Shown piece by piece: positions 36,495 through 49,099 of a DNA stretch of 64,000 nt. Position 1 is the first letter of the stretch. Each line of letters opens with the position of its first letter. This DNA comes from Felis catus. Its lineage: Eukaryota. The notes below the pieces were generated by a model, which saw only the letters and a program-made list of their open reading frames with translations, was not told the origin of the DNA and did not search any database. Where the stretch lies: positions 102,798,001 through 102,862,000 of the forward strand of contig NC_058368.1 of NCBI RefSeq assembly GCF_018350175.1. The letters run 5' to 3'. Made by a program: the position numbers and the translations under genes.

Positions 36495-36650
36495 CCTGGC
36501 CAATACTGTGTCATTATCCTCATTATCCAGATGAGGAAATTGGGGCTTAGCGAGTGTACGTAACCTGCTCAATGACACATGGTTAATACGTAGCAGAATT
36601 TACAGTTTAGTTGGGGCTTTTCTGCTGAAGTCCACACTCTTTCACACCAT
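36495..36650 (-). mobile_element. MIR
   Basis: ATTATCCTCATTATCCAGATGAGGAAATTGGGGCTTAG core. Confidence 0.75.
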
Positions 36651-37429
36651 AAGGTAGGCTTTGCCTTTCACACTCTGTACAGTATCCACCACTAATAGGC
36701 AATGTTCCGGTAAATATTTGCAATATATGCAATATTTGCATTACATTGTTGCTGCTGTTAGTGTTATTCTCATTTCCAGGAGTCCAGTAGACTTATACCG
36801 TGGTGCCCATGACATGTGCCATTCACACAGAATAAAAAAATAATATACCAAGTGACACCTGTCTTCCTAGACTGGATTCGGGAGCACGAAAAGTTTCAAA
36901 CCTTAGAACGCTTTACTTTATCATCTGTTCAGGGCACAAAGGTCAAAAGTAATCACCAGTTCCCAGGTGTAGAACACAAATTATTTTTTTCACGGGCGTT
37001 AAGAGCTGCGTGTTTGCCTATGTTCTGGAATTTTGGCATTTCTAATTGTCAATTAGGTGACGGTAGAGGTGTACATCCGAGAAAGAATTCATAGGACAGT
37101 CCTCTTAGGATTCATTGTAAAGTCCCTTGTCACTGTGTTTATATTTTGAATGTCTTCGTCGATGCCTAACCTTTCAATTCAACGCCCGCTGTGCCTGTTT
37201 ACGGAGATACACTTTCGTCCTCTTAAATCATTAATTTGAATACTTATAACTTTTCTTGGTACCTTTCCTTCACATCATTTGCTTATATGTAGGTGACCTT
37301 GACTCTGTCAGATATTCTTAACTCTTGTCCAGGGTTTTGACTGAATTACATAGTCTAACTGCTTTCTGGTGTAAGCCAAGCCACGGGTACTAGGGAAGTG
37401 AAATCTAATTGCTGCCTCGTTGCTGATTC

Positions 37430-37690
37430 CCTTTGTGATTCTGGATAAATCACTAGCCTGCCCAGCTTCCTTCTGCCCTCATAACTGAGCTGGTAATCAA
37501 CACTCCTCTCTTCCCAGACTATTAGGTTCCGGGTTTTTTGTGATGTCAAATGTTTCAGTGGTTTATGCTGTTTTTATTCCAGGGGAGGAGTAATGCTTAC
37601 TAATCTTACAAGAGTGTTGTGAAAATTAATTGGTTAATGTTCACAAAGTACTTTGAAGATTAAAAGCCCAGCGTAAATGCTTATTATTGT
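37430..37690 (+). mobile_element. MIR (MIR3/c-type)
   Basis: GTTGTGAAAATTAA...TAATGTTCACAAAGTACTTTG...TAAATGCTTATTATT 3' end. Confidence 0.55.
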
Positions 37691-38164
37691 TTTATGCACA
37701 CCAAGGACCTAGCTGGGCAGGCGAATGCGTTTCCCAGAGATGAAAGGATTGAACAACATAGAAAATTGTGGTTTAGTCCTGCGAGGTTGGCAAACAGGTT
37801 ATTCGGGATTGCGTATGTGGGAATTACCCTCATCGGACCCCGATGGTCCACCAAGGCCCGGAAGACTGTTATTTGCGACTAGCGTTGACTTCGCAGCCAA
37901 GGTGGATGCTACTTTGTGATACTGAGGGTAACAATGAGAATGATGGTTTTCTCAGGTAGAGATGAAAGAAAGGAGAAAGGCAGCTCCAGAGCCCCGAGAG
38001 GCTAATGCTACTTCCTGCAGAGTCCTCAGAACCCTACGTGAGGATAAGAGGGAGCGCTGATTGATTGGAATCATGCTTGGTCGAGCTCCATCTGCCCGGC
38101 AGTTTTCCACTGAGGTCAGAGCCATTAAATAGAATCTGCAAGTCGGCAGATGCGTATCTTAATC

Positions 38165-38620
38165 CTGAACACTGCTGGAAGAGTTTGAATTGGTATAGCC
38201 TTTCTGGAGGAGAAGTTGATAATAATTATCTAAAGCATTAAAAGGATTCATACCCTTAAGCCATCCATTTCCCTCCTAGGAATTTATCTTTAACAATATT
38301 TATCTGCTTACTTTGGTGTTATTAATAATTGCAAAAATTTAAACAATGTAAATGTCCGATAATAGGGGGCTGATGAATAACGGGTCAAATATAAAACGAA
38401 ATGTTATAAAGCCCTTAAAATGAGATTCTAGACTGTGATTTGTTAACAAGAAAACATACTAAGTTAGCACATTAAGTTAAGAAATATATTAAGAAAAGCC
38501 AGCTGTAAGTATAATATATATCATGATGAAGAATTTTGAAGTATTTTTATTTTCTTATCTACTTATTCCTGCTTCCTAATTTCTCTTCACTAAGCATTTA
38601 TTACTTTCAAATTCAAAACA
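38165..38620 (+). mobile_element. Old L1 (L1ME-type) 3' fragment
   Basis: ACTGCTGG...AATTGGTATAGCCTTTCTGGAG...CTCCTAGGAATTTATC...AAATGTCC.ATAATAGGG motifs. Confidence 0.7.
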
Positions 38621-38762
38621 ATCTCACAGAGAGAAGTATGAATGTCAACATCCATGGGGAAGGAAACATACAAAATAATATGATAACAAGACCGGTAAAA
38701 ACCTTTGGAAAAGATCTGAAATAAATATAAAAGCATTAAATGAATGATAAGAAAGCTTCATT

Positions 38763-39245
38763 TATCTCAGAGTTTACCGGCTTCTTCTTGGCCTCAATTT
38801 TCTCCGAAGCCTTCAGCCACAGGGTGTCCCCTATTGGCCTAGTATCAAGCTGAGGCTTCAGATGCTGGGGATTTATTCTACGCCACGGGAAACACAAGCT
38901 AGCAGTACGGGGGAGTCAGGGCCCTGTGGGCAGAACCTTTGACCAAGGGAAGACAGGGGCCAGTGGATATAGTCTTCCTCCTTCTTCCCCTGAACGTACT
39001 GCACTCAGGTGCTGTAGCTTAGATGGCTCCCTCAAGACTCACATGCCAGAAAGAGCGATCAGCAGCACTCCATACACAGAGCGGGCCACTTCCATTAGGC
39101 ACCCTTCAACTAGGCTCATCCCTTCTTCTCTGGCACTTTTCCCCTTTCCCTCACTTCCGTTTCTCCGCATTGCACTCCCTAACAAAGTGGCAGCACCCAA
39201 GCTTTTCCTCAGGCTCTGTTTTCTGGGCAACACCAAGCTAAGACA
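38763..39245 (+). mobile_element. LTR16-type ERVL solo LTR
   Basis: 3' end CCTCAGGCTCTGTTTTCTGGGCAACACCAAGCTAAGACA; internal CTTTGACCAAGGGAAGACAGG. Confidence 0.7.
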
Positions 39246-39314
39246 CATTCTGTGAGACCGCATAGACGAAGAAACACTGGATTTCAAAGGCACTTAGTGC
39301 CATGTATTGAATCA

Positions 39315-39515
39315 GACTTAATAGCTAGTGGTTACTGACTGGTTTCTATGGGCTAGGCACTAGACGTTATGTCACTGGACCCCATAACAGCATTTATAAT
39401 TAAAGAAACTTTGGTCCACAAAGGTTAAGATGCCTGCCCAAAGTCCTAGAACTGAACACCGGAAGTTAGGTATGTATGTCTAACACCAAATCCGATGCCC
39501 TTCACACCACACGGT
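39315..39515 (-). mobile_element. MIR
   Basis: AAGAAACT...AAGGTTAAGATGCCTGCCCAAAGTC core. Confidence 0.55.
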
Positions 39516-39559
39516 ATATATAATCTAAAAACGTGTGTTACAGAAGAATCTTAAGAGAC

Positions 39560-40110
39560 GTCTCCTACCTCAAGGGTTATACCCAGGCTAAGGAGCTACA
39601 ACTAGGACATGCAAAGTATCGGTGAAGAATGAGAGATGGTGCTTAGTAAAAGGTTGAGTCGCGTGACACAGACTGTAATTGCTATCGAATTCAGGAATAA
39701 AGGAGAAATTCAAGAGACTGGGAGGATGTTGGACCAAAGCTGAATCTTAACGGAGGAGTATGACTCGAGAAGATGGAGGGAAGAGAGGATTAAGGAACTC
39801 AAGGCTGAGCCAACAGAGGAGACGATGAGCATGACACGTGTGTAGAATAGAGGGAAATCCAGAATAAAAGAACAATGTCCTGCGGTGGGATTTAGTAAAC
39901 TCAGTTTCTCAGGAGGCAGATTGTTGTGGCTCCTGAAAGAAAGCACAACAGTCTATGTTTTTCATGTGGGAGGAAGGAGCCACTCAATCCTTCTGAAAAG
40001 GAGGAAGGTGTGATCATGCAGTGGACAGAATGATTTGGTAGGAAGGAAGAACGTAAAGGTAAGGAGGTGTGGCTATTGTGTTCAGAGTCATGAAATGTTC
40101 TAGTATGTTG
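39560..40110 (-). mobile_element. L2 fragment
   Basis: AAGCTGAATCTTAA, GGAGCCACT...TTCTGA and GGCTATTGTG motifs. Confidence 0.45.
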
Positions 40111-40132
40111 CTTGGTAGATGTCAGAACTTTA

Positions 40133-40335
40133 CCTTTTTAAAAGTTTATTTATTCGGAGAGAGAGAGAGAGGAGGGAGGGAAGGAGGGGAGGAAGGGAGA
40201 GAGAGAGTCAGAGAATCCCAAGCATGCTCTGCACTGTCAGCATGGAGCCTGATGGGAGACTTGATCCCATGAGATCATGACCTGAGCCGAAACCAAGAGC
40301 CGGATGCTCAACCAATGGAGCTGCCCAGACACCCC
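40133..40335 (-). mobile_element. CanSINE, older subfamily
   Basis: Body; degenerate TSD CAGAACT. Confidence 0.88.
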
Positions 40336-40514
40336 AGAACTCCACGTTTATAAATTAAACACACAGGCAAGCACACACAGATGCAATTACCGAATGGTCT
40401 GTCATGAGTTCTCATCTCATGTAAATAGGGGTTAGAATTCTCCAGAGCCATCTGTCCCAGGGCTGCAAGCTCCCATAACAGTAATTTAATTTCAGCTAAG
40501 ATCATAAGGAAAGA

Positions 40515-40735
40515 TAGCATTTATTTAATATTTACTATGTTGTAGGCACTGTGCCAAGGTCCCCACATGTCACTAGTCATTACAACCCTTTTATTATCTC
40601 CCCTTTTCACTTGAACTCTTCTCAACTAATACTGAGAGAGTTCAAGAACTTGCCTGAGTTTACTCGCCACTGAATGGAAACAGTCAGAATTCAAAACTGG
40701 ATCTGTTTGAACTCCTTGGTTGAAGTCTCCCATTC
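40515..40735 (-). mobile_element. MIR
   Basis: AGCATTTATT...TACTATGTTGTAGGCACTGTGC...ACTGAG.GAG.TTCAAG.ACTTGCC. Confidence 0.65.
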
Positions 40736-41639
40736 CCTGACTCTTTCGGGAGTTACCCTCCCAAAGCCCTTCCCCTGGGAGAGTTTGGGTTACCTGGGAC
40801 ACAAGAGTGACACTTGTTCTTTCGGAGCATCGATGTCAATTAATTAAAATTCAAGAACTTCTTACTTGATGAGGATCTTCGAAGGCTTTGCATCATTCTA
40901 GCTGGCTGACAGATTCCCAAGGTGACTTGGCATTGAGGCAAATTTAACTCAGTAAATTCCCAGCCTTCATGGACTAGTGTAAAATTAAATAATGAAATTC
41001 ACCAACCTATTTACGCTGACATACATGTTCACAGTGAGGAAAAAAAAAAGTCCCCAGGGGAAGAACGTTCTAGCAATTAGAAAATGGGAAGTGGTGACAC
41101 CTTTTAAGAAAACCTACCAGTTTTCTCCCATGGGGGGAACTTGCTGGGCTAACAAATAGGACTATAAAGAAAACAAATAAACCTTGGAGATATATATTGT
41201 TTCACCGTAAAGGCTATCGAGCCCTCTGGTGAGCCTATTCTAGAAGCACTAGATTCTGTGCTTAGGTAAGCTGGGGGGTAACCTTCCTGGTGCAATTTGA
41301 GGGGTTCCGGCTGAGACTTCTCAATCTCACGGAACAGAACGGCACATTCATAATTACAGGTGCTTGCAATTTCAGCCATCAGGTATTGCCTTCTGTCTTC
41401 GAATAAAAGCTTTGGGGCTTTGCTCCTTGCTTATTAACAGGCGAATACCCCTGGGAGGTATAACACCTTGGATTCTTTTCAGATAATATGCCGAAGAAGA
41501 TTCAATTTAATTCCGTTCCTTTCAGTTCACTTGGCTTCAGTTTGATTCACTTGAGCCCCTACTAAGTGCAAAGCCCTTTGCTAAATCTTCACTGGGCCAG
41601 GAAGGATGAAGCAGGTAATTCATCGGAATACCTGATCAG

Positions 41640-41770
41640 ACAGAGTTTTGGCTTTGGGGACTACAAACTCATAATACTCAACTCTGCCATTGCAGCAACA
41701 TGGAAATCTGTGTCTGTGTCCCACCAAACTTTATTAAAACAGGCTATAAGCTGGAGGCTGATGTTGCTCT
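41640..41770 (+). mobile_element. MER58-like hAT-Charlie fragment
   Basis: TACTCAACTCTGCCATTGCAGC...CTGTGTCCCACCAAACTTTATT. Confidence 0.6.
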
Positions 41771-42125
41771 AAACGCTTATCATAGGGCAGAGGCCTCACT
41801 TACACGCATCCTCTGATGAAATAAAACCCCAAGAGGAATTTGTAGGACATTGTAACATAATCACTGGGAACACCCGGAAAAAATTGTAAAGATAATGATG
41901 CTAAGTGCCTTGCCCAGGTCCCGGGATTGAGAAGGAATGGGTCCAGGGGCAGGATCTGGGCGCTGGGTATTTTCAGAGATCAACACAGTTTGAAAAGCAT
42001 CACGGTGGGACAGTGCCTGGGAGCTGGTGCTACAGGCAGTGTGTAAGGCCAGGGGAATGGAAGTCTCTGCCCCCGAATCACATTAGCATTCTCCTCTCTG
42101 TGAATCTGTTTTGGAGCCTTGTCTC

Positions 42126-42371
42126 TTTTTTTAATTCATTCATTCATTAATTTTTAAATGTTCATTTTTGAGAGATGAAGAGAGCGCGTGTATGTGTGTG
42201 CGTGCTCCAGTGAGGGAGAGGCAGAGAGGAAGGGGGACAGAGCATCCGAAGCAGGCTCTGGGCCGACAGCAGAGAACCCCATGCGGGGCTCGAACTCACA
42301 AACCGTAAGATTGTGTCCTGTTCCAAAACGAAGCCGGGCGCTTAACCAACTGAGCCACCCAGGAACACCCC
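42126..42371 (-). mobile_element. CanSINE
   Basis: Full body. Confidence 0.9.
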
Positions 42372-42385
42372 ATGCCTTTTCTTTT

Positions 42386-42614
42386 TTTTTTTTTTTTAAT
42401 TTTTTTTTCAACGTTTTTTATTTATTTTTGGGACAGAGAGAGACAGAGCATGAACGGGGGAGGGGCAGAGAGAGAGGGAGACACAGAATCGGAAACAGGC
42501 TCCAGGCTCCGAGCCATCAGCCCAGAGCCTGACGCGGGGCTGGAACTCCCGGACCGCGAGATCGTGACCTGGCTGAAGTCGGACGCTTAACCGACTGCGC
42601 CACCCAGGCGCCCC
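42386..42614 (-). mobile_element. Young felid CanSINE
   Basis: TSD TGCCTTTTCTTTTT. Confidence 0.95.
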
Positions 42615-44184
42615 CTGCCTTTTCTTTTTAGAAGGACACTGGTCATACTGTGTTAAGGGCTTGTTCTGTTCCAGTATGACATCCTCTAACTCATAGCCTC
42701 GTCACATCTGTAAAGATCCTATTTCCAAATCAGGTCATAGTCACTAAGATTGAGCATTGGGACACTCCCACACGAGCATCTACTTCATCCGTGTGTGTGA
42801 AGGGCCCAGGTTGTATGGAACAGTGGAAGGGACACCGGACTTGAAGCTCGAGGCAGATTGGGTGACTTGTGGGGCTAAGAATAAGGGAGATGATAATGAG
42901 GAGACGCGTGAGGAAATTTCGAAAGGGAAGAGCCCTGGAAAATTTAAAGTGCGCAACGTAAGAGGAAATCAAGTAAATCAATTAAAATGTGATGTGTATG
43001 GTCTCAGGTTAGCAAGCAGTCTGGACTCGAGAAAGAAGCAGTCCCCAAACTACATCTGTGGGCCTCTGAAGTAGCAGTGATGTCCTGCTTCTGTAGACCA
43101 AGGTTCTGGCTGTGGTGCCTTGTCTATGTAATCGCACATGGCCAGAGCCAAGGGTGTACCCTCATCACTTGGGGGCGGGGGTTGTGGTTTAGAATGCCGT
43201 TGTCCCTTTCATTCCTAGGAAGGCACGAACACAGCCCGTTCTCATTTTGCCAGTTTGTTTCAAATCGGGGTTGCGCCTCTGGGTCAATGTCCTGCCTCCT
43301 TATTTTCTGATCTGGGTGGTTTATCAGATCACAGGCCACTTCCAACCTGGAGCATACTGAGGACAGAGCGAGAAGCCGCAAATCAGGATAGAAGGCTGGG
43401 GGAATGTGCACCTGACATTGGATGTTGTGCCTCCGTGTCCTCCTCTGTAAGTTGGGGCCAAGAGAACCGATCCCGGAAACTCGCTGTAAATGTCTGCTGA
43501 AACAAGATGTCACGTTCTGAGCACAAGGCCAGTGGGCAATCATGTCAATAAAGTGTCAGCACCCAAACTTGGCATTTCAATTTTCTGCAGTTCAAAGCCA
43601 GGATTAGGACAAGTCTGCGTTAGGGGAGTAGAGGGGACAGAGACATCCTGCAGGATGCTAAAATGGCTCCTCAAAGAGATCACTAGTGCCCAGGATGGAC
43701 AGAAAGAAAATGCTGCCAATGCAGATGAAATCTCCTGGAAGCCCTGTCCCTGTACGTGCAGGACTGAGGGAGGGCCCGGGCCCAGCAGGCACCGTGTGCT
43801 ACCTGGCCAGAACCCAGTTCCCACTGAGTCTGCTGAGCAAATGCTGGCCCGAAGGACCGCTAACAAACAGAAGCAGCACCCCCCACAGCCAATGGAGGCT
43901 CCCAGGGAGGTAGGGGGGGTTGGGAAGGAAGTCCTGCAGAGGAGCTTCACTCCTGCCCCTGATGAGTTTGAGTTCGGAAAGAAGTCTGGTTAGACACATC
44001 GACCATACTTAATGAGCAATACCAACAAAGCTCAGTCTTCCACCACTGAAAATGGAAAATTAATCCAAGGCTGGTGGACAACATCCAAAGGGCAAAGAAA
44101 AAAGTCTCTGTGTATTCATTTCCCCCCTTTTTCCTTTTCCCAACTTCTTTGGAAACTCTTGCTCTCCTGGTCACTTTCTTAGGT

Positions 44185-44552
44185 GTGTATGTTCATGTTT
44201 GTCTCTCTGTGTGTAGGTGTGTTGTGTGCTTATGCATGTGCACGTGTGGATGTGTGACCACATATATGTACATGTGCACGCATGCATGTATGTGCATGTG
44301 CACGCGTGCATTTGTGATCATGCATGCATGTGCATACGTAGGCATATGTGTGCATGCACACGCATATATGTATGTGTACGTGCATGTACGTATGATGTGT
44401 ATGCATATGTGAATTTGTGAACTTGTGTTTGTGCATGTGTATGTGTGCGCGCATACTTGTGCATGTGCATGCACATATGTATGTGTGCATGTGCCCGTGT
44501 GCGCATTGGTGAACATGTGTGCCTGTGTACACGTATGTGCACAGGCACACAT
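44185..44552. repeat. Degenerate (TG/CA/TA) alternating purine-pyrimidine low-complexity tract
   Basis: About 370 bp of TGTG/TGCA/CATG/TATG units. Confidence 0.9.
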
Positions 44553-45599
44553 ATCAGGCATACTGGGGAGAGTGTTCTGAGGCCTGTTATTGGACAAAAT
44601 GAATCAGGATCAGAGACCCTCACTCAACAAGGGATGGGGTGTCTGAACTGAGAATCACTATCAGGCCGGTTTCTCTCCTCTCCCTCCTTCCCTGCCATCC
44701 GTCCAACTGGGTAAAGCCAGCAGTGTATTAATTGCAGAGTAAGGAGGATGCTCTAAGTGGAAGGGTGAGATGAAAGGGTGGAAAGGTGAATTAGCAGGTG
44801 TCTGCTTTGAAACGCAGGTGACCTGTCAGCCCTGAAGCAATCGGGAATAGGAAGCCAAGCAATTGCCAACCTATGATGCATGCTAACGCTTATTTCCTCT
44901 TTCTGTCCTTAAATCGGGAAGCAAACTCCACCTAATATGTAGCAGGGGACGGTATGCCAAGGGGACTCTTTTTTTGTCTTCTTTTGTCCAGGAGTCCCAT
45001 ATACACAGTTCTGAATGTGGTCACGCAAGCAGTTGCCAGTGAGAAGTAAAGCAAACACATGCACATCATTGATTCAGATCCTAAAATAATTAGGGGGGTA
45101 TGTGCCTTTAGAGCACATCACGGCTCAGAAAGTACGAGATTACTTCTACTTGACTTACGGGGTGAGTTTCTGATTAAAAGCATTACACAGCGCTTGTAAA
45201 ACATAGCCATATTTGGAGTTTTCAAATTCTCATGGAAAACACATGATTTCAGGACGCATCAACTGTGAGAAGGCTGCTTGGAAAGGCAGTGGAGGGGAGA
45301 AGAGCGGCAGGGGTGCACAAGTAACGTCCGAGGCTGAGAAGGACAAGGGGTGGGATCACAACGGCTTTCTTCACAGGATAGTGAAGATGCCTTTGGTTGG
45401 TGATGAGGGAAGTCTTCTTCAGAAAATGGCATGTGAGTTAGACTTCAAAGATGCGGCATGGCGACCCAGGGAGGAGAGTGATTCCAGATGAGGAATAATA
45501 GGGAAACAAGAAGGGTGCCTGGGCTGTATTTTGTAGATGTGCTTTTGGAGATAAAACACAGGCAGAGGCAGACCGCTCTGTCAGTGTTTCTCGATCCCG

Positions 45600-45762
45600 C
45601 CTGTGTATCACAAGCCCTGGGAGCTCTTGGATGACCCCAGGCATGAGGCCACCTTAGAGACCAACTGAATCAGAAATTCAAGAGGTGGGACTGAGACATC
45701 AGTCTGCTTAGTAGCACCCCCCAGGGGGTTCCCACGTGCTGGCAAAGTGAAGAACCCAGCTT
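45600..45762. mobile_element. MER5-type hAT-Charlie MITE
   Basis: AGACCAACTGAATCAGAAATTC...GGTGGGACTGAG...AAAGTGAAGAACC. Confidence 0.6.
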
Positions 45763-45771
45763 TGCTCGTCT

Positions 45772-46130
45772 TGCTTGCAAGGTTGGCCTAGGCTGGCATC
45801 AGGGTTTGTACATTTTAGGAAGGTTCTCGGCATTCCCTACCTGGTAAGAGTGCCTCACTGTGCGTAAACTGTGTCATGTGGTTTATGCTGAATACCTGCT
45901 TTTCTTCTGGGAGTCTGGAATTTTGCTCTGTGCTGGCAGAGGGTGCCTACCTGACCAGCCTACGGTACAAAAACCTTGGGCACCAATTCTAATGAACTTC
46001 CCTGGTAGACAGTGTTTCACATGTGTTGATGTTGCTCTGTAGCCTTTTGCCAGAATAAATCATTTCTGTGACTACGTATTGGGTCCTGATGAATCATCAG
46101 ATCAGGCAGTGATTTGGGGGGCCCCTAACG
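45772..46130 (+). mobile_element. MER68-type ERVL LTR
   Basis: TGCTTGCAAGGTTGGCC...TGTGGTTTATGCTGAATACCTGCTTTCTTCTGGGAGTCTGGAATTTTG...GGCAGAGGGTGCCTAC matches recalled MER68. Confidence 0.75.
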
Positions 46131-46339
46131 TAATAAGAATGAAGAAAATTTTAGGACCAGTCTACTCAGAAAAACCAGGATTCTGCACTAGTCTGTTTTT
46201 AATGGCTGAAGTGGGTCCCTATGCCTTTGTAAGTCATAAGGGAGAAAGATTTGAATTGAAATGGTTTATGCAAGCCTTCTGATTATAATGGAACCTGAAA
46301 GCTGTTGTTTTGTACTTCCTTTAAAAAAATATAAGGTGA

Positions 46340-46546
46340 GGGGCGCCTGGGTGGCGCAGTCGGTTAAGCGTCCGACTTCAGCCAGGTCACGATCTCGCGG
46401 TCCGGGAGTTCGAGCCCCGCGTCGGGCTCTGGGCTGATGGCTCAGAGCCTGGAGCCTGTTTCCGATTCTGTGTCTCCCTCTCTCTCTGCCCCTCCCCCGT
46501 TCACGCTCTGTCTCTCTCTGTCCCAAAAATAAATAAACATTGAAAA
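46340..46546 (+). mobile_element. Young felid CanSINE
   Basis: TSD AAAAAAATATAAGGTGAG. Confidence 0.95.
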
Positions 46547-46653
46547 AAAAAAATATAAGGTGAGCACAGTGAAAAGAACACATCACAAAAATAAAATTTG
46601 AAAGAAGCAATTACTGAGTCTTTGTACCTGTCTTCTGAAATGTTAAAACTTGA

Positions 46654-47075
46654 TGTTTTGTTTCCGGCTGCCTCAGCATCCCCTCCACAGGCTATGAGCG
46701 TGCAGCCCCAGTGACCAAGGTGCCCCAGTGTGATAAGGCTGGCCCCTGCCGTGCCTCTCCTCTCTGCACTCTGCTGACTAGTGGCCTAGGAAGATTCAAA
46801 TGCCCCAAAGCAATCCCCCTGAGCCTTTCTTCGCGTACTCCAAATCCACCCTGACCCCCAATAAAGGCTCTTGTTCATAGGTACTGGCTCTCTCTTGGCT
46901 TCCACCCATTGCGCTAATGCTGTTCCTTGGTGCTTCTCACATACGGCCCCCTTTAGGTGCGCAGCGACTCTCTCTCCAGGACCCGTGAGAATAATAAGCT
47001 GTGTTTTCCTGTGCCTTTCTTGTGTCCTTTCTTGTGGCCACGCCTCAATGATCATCACAGAAAAGATCACAGAGC
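46654..47075 (+). mobile_element. ERVL-type LTR (MER54/73/74 group, tentative)
   Basis: CCAATAAAGGC and CAGGACCCGTGAGAATAATAAGCTG LTR-like architecture. Confidence 0.4.
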
Positions 47076-47190
47076 AGTATCACCCAGAGACATTTATTTT
47101 TCTGTGTACCCTTCCAACATAAGAAAAGAAGAATGTGATATGTTCTGAACAAAATAAAAAGGCTACTGAAGTGAGCGTGTCAGCTTTATC

Positions 47191-47553
47191 TGTCTTAGCT
47201 CAGGCTGCCATAGCAAAATACCATGGATTGGGTGGTTACACAGCAAAAATGTATTTTTTTTTCACAGTTTTGGAGGCTGCAAGTCCCTGATTAGGTGCTG
47301 GGCAGGTTCAGGTCTGATCCCCTTCCAGGCTTGCCGTTAGCTGCCTTCTCATGATGTCTTTGAATGGCGGAAAGAATGCAACGTCTCTTCCTCTTCTTCT
47401 ATGGGCAACACTTCTATCAGATCAAGGTTCTACCTTCTGACCTTGTTTAACCTTAATTACCACCATAAAGGTCTGATCTCTAGTCTGGTCACTTGAGGGG
47501 GTGTTAGGGCTTCAGTGTATGAATTTGGTTTGGGCACAGTTCAGTCTATAGCA
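47191..47553 (-). mobile_element. MLT1A-type MaLR solo LTR, near full length
   Basis: TGTCTTAG...GGCTGCCATAGCAAAATACC to TATGAATTT...TTCAGTCTATAGCA; 5-bp TSD TTATC/CTATC. Confidence 0.85.
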
Positions 47554-47794
47554 CTATCCTTCCTGACAAAGCTTTACTTGACCTCCAGCTGCCATCTTTC
47601 TTCAGAGGCGCCATCTTGCTCACAGGAGAGGTTCTAACTACGAGCAGCATTTGTTTACCAGGCACCATGCCTCAGACACTCTGCAATCTGTTTTCCTCTC
47701 TCAAAAGTCCAGTGGAATTTTTCTCCTTCTTTCCTGGGTTTTTCACACACTTCATTTTTGTTTGCCGTTTTCTTTAAAAGACTTTACTTTGAAA

Positions 47795-47880
47795 GAACCT
47801 CCACATCCAGCGTGGGGCTCGAACCCACCATCCTGAGATCAAGAGTTACACGATGCACTAACTGAGCCAGCCAGGCACCC
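47795..47880 (-). mobile_element. Short tRNA-Lys-like SINE monomer
   Basis: GTGGGGCTCGAACCCACCATCCTGAGATCAAGAG...ACTGAGCCAGCCAGGCACCCC. Confidence 0.8.
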
Positions 47881-48249
47881 CAGTGTTCACATACTTTAAT
47901 TTCCCGGTGTCACTCAGGCTGTTTTTGCCCCCTTTTTTCTCAAAATTCCTTGTTCTCATCCCTTTTCGAACTCTGAATTCACACCAAGTTTGTAATAATC
48001 CTTTTGCCCCATTTCTTTCTCTTTCAATTGCTTTTTAAAAACTTCCAGTTTGGAAAATCTCAAAACTACAAAATTGGAGAGAACAGCATAAAAACCCTCA
48101 TGTAGCCATCTTGTCATACTATGACCTATCTTGTTACATTGTTCACGGATATGTTTTTCATAGTTAGCTTGCTTAAATCAGGACCCAAATACAACCCAAG
48201 GCGTTGCAAAGTTGATATGCCTCTCAAGTGTTATTTATTTATTTATATT

Positions 48250-48476
48250 CAGTTTTTATTTTTTTTTCTTTGAGAGAGAGAGAGAGAGCATGTGTGTGTA
48301 TGCGTCCGTGCCGGTAGGGGAGGGGCAGAGAGACAGAGGGGAGACAGAATCCCAAGCAGACTCCATGCTGTCAGCACAGAGCCCAATGCAGGGCTTGATC
48401 TCATGAACCAAGAGGTCATGACCCAAGCCAAAAGCAAGAGTTGGAGGCTTAACCAACAGAGCCACCCAGGAGCCCC
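48250..48476 (-). mobile_element. CanSINE, older subfamily
   Basis: Full body, apparently inserted in the tail of the next SINE. Confidence 0.88.
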
Positions 48477-48481
48477 AATTT

Positions 48482-48661
48482 ATTGCTTTTTTTTCTTTTA
48501 TGTTACAGAGAGAGTGCAAGCAGGGGAGAGGGGCAGATGGAGAGAGAGAGAGAATCTTAAGTAGGCTTCATGCTCAGTGTGGAGCCCGATGTGGGGTTCG
48601 GTCCCACCTGAGATGAAATCAAGAGTCAGATGATCAACAGACTGAGCCACCCAGGTGCCCC
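48482..48661 (-). mobile_element. CanSINE, older subfamily
   Basis: Body with internal deletion. Confidence 0.85.
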
Positions 48662-49099
48662 TCAAATATCTTTTAATTTACAGATAACACTTCACTTTCT
48701 TCGTTATTTTTTTCTTGATTTTTTTTTTTTTGTTGTTGTTGAAGGAAGCAGGCTATTTATCCTCCAGGGTTTCTCAAGTTGAAATTTTGTTGATTGCAGT
48801 TCATGGTTATCATCCCTATAAATTGCTGGCAAGATCTCTAGAGGCATGATCAGATTCTAATTTTTTTTTCCAAAAACATTTTAATTTCAGGATGTAATGC
48901 TCACTGCTGTTTCTTTTCCTTAGTCTCTAGTTTCTTGCTAAGTCTCAATCTCTAGAGCTCAGTTCCTCTGTTCATAGTCTTTTGTTCCTACATCTTAGCT
49001 GTTGCTTTAAAAAAGCGATACAGAATATGAGCCCCAAGTGATAAAGGATGTTAGCTATGAAACATAAATTAAACATCATTGCAGGACTCCTGAACTGAT

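Larger units (their letters stand above)
42060..42770 (-). mobile_element. MLT1 (B/C-type) MaLR LTR fragment split by two SINEs
   Basis: AAGGACACTGGTCAT...CCAGTATGAC...CACATCTGTAAAGATCCTATTTCCAAATCAGGTCA. Confidence 0.7.
48025..48880 (-). mobile_element. Old L1 (L1MC4/5-type) 3' fragment split by SINEs
   Basis: AATCAGGACCCAAATA...TTGATATGCCTC, TTGTTGAAG, CTAGAGGCATGATCAGATTC. Confidence 0.6.

Noticed and set aside
43490..43993. Longest ORF in the window (167 aa) with an overlapping antisense 136-aa ORF
   Set aside because: No recognisable homology; locally GC-rich sequence with ORFs on both strands is consistent with chance
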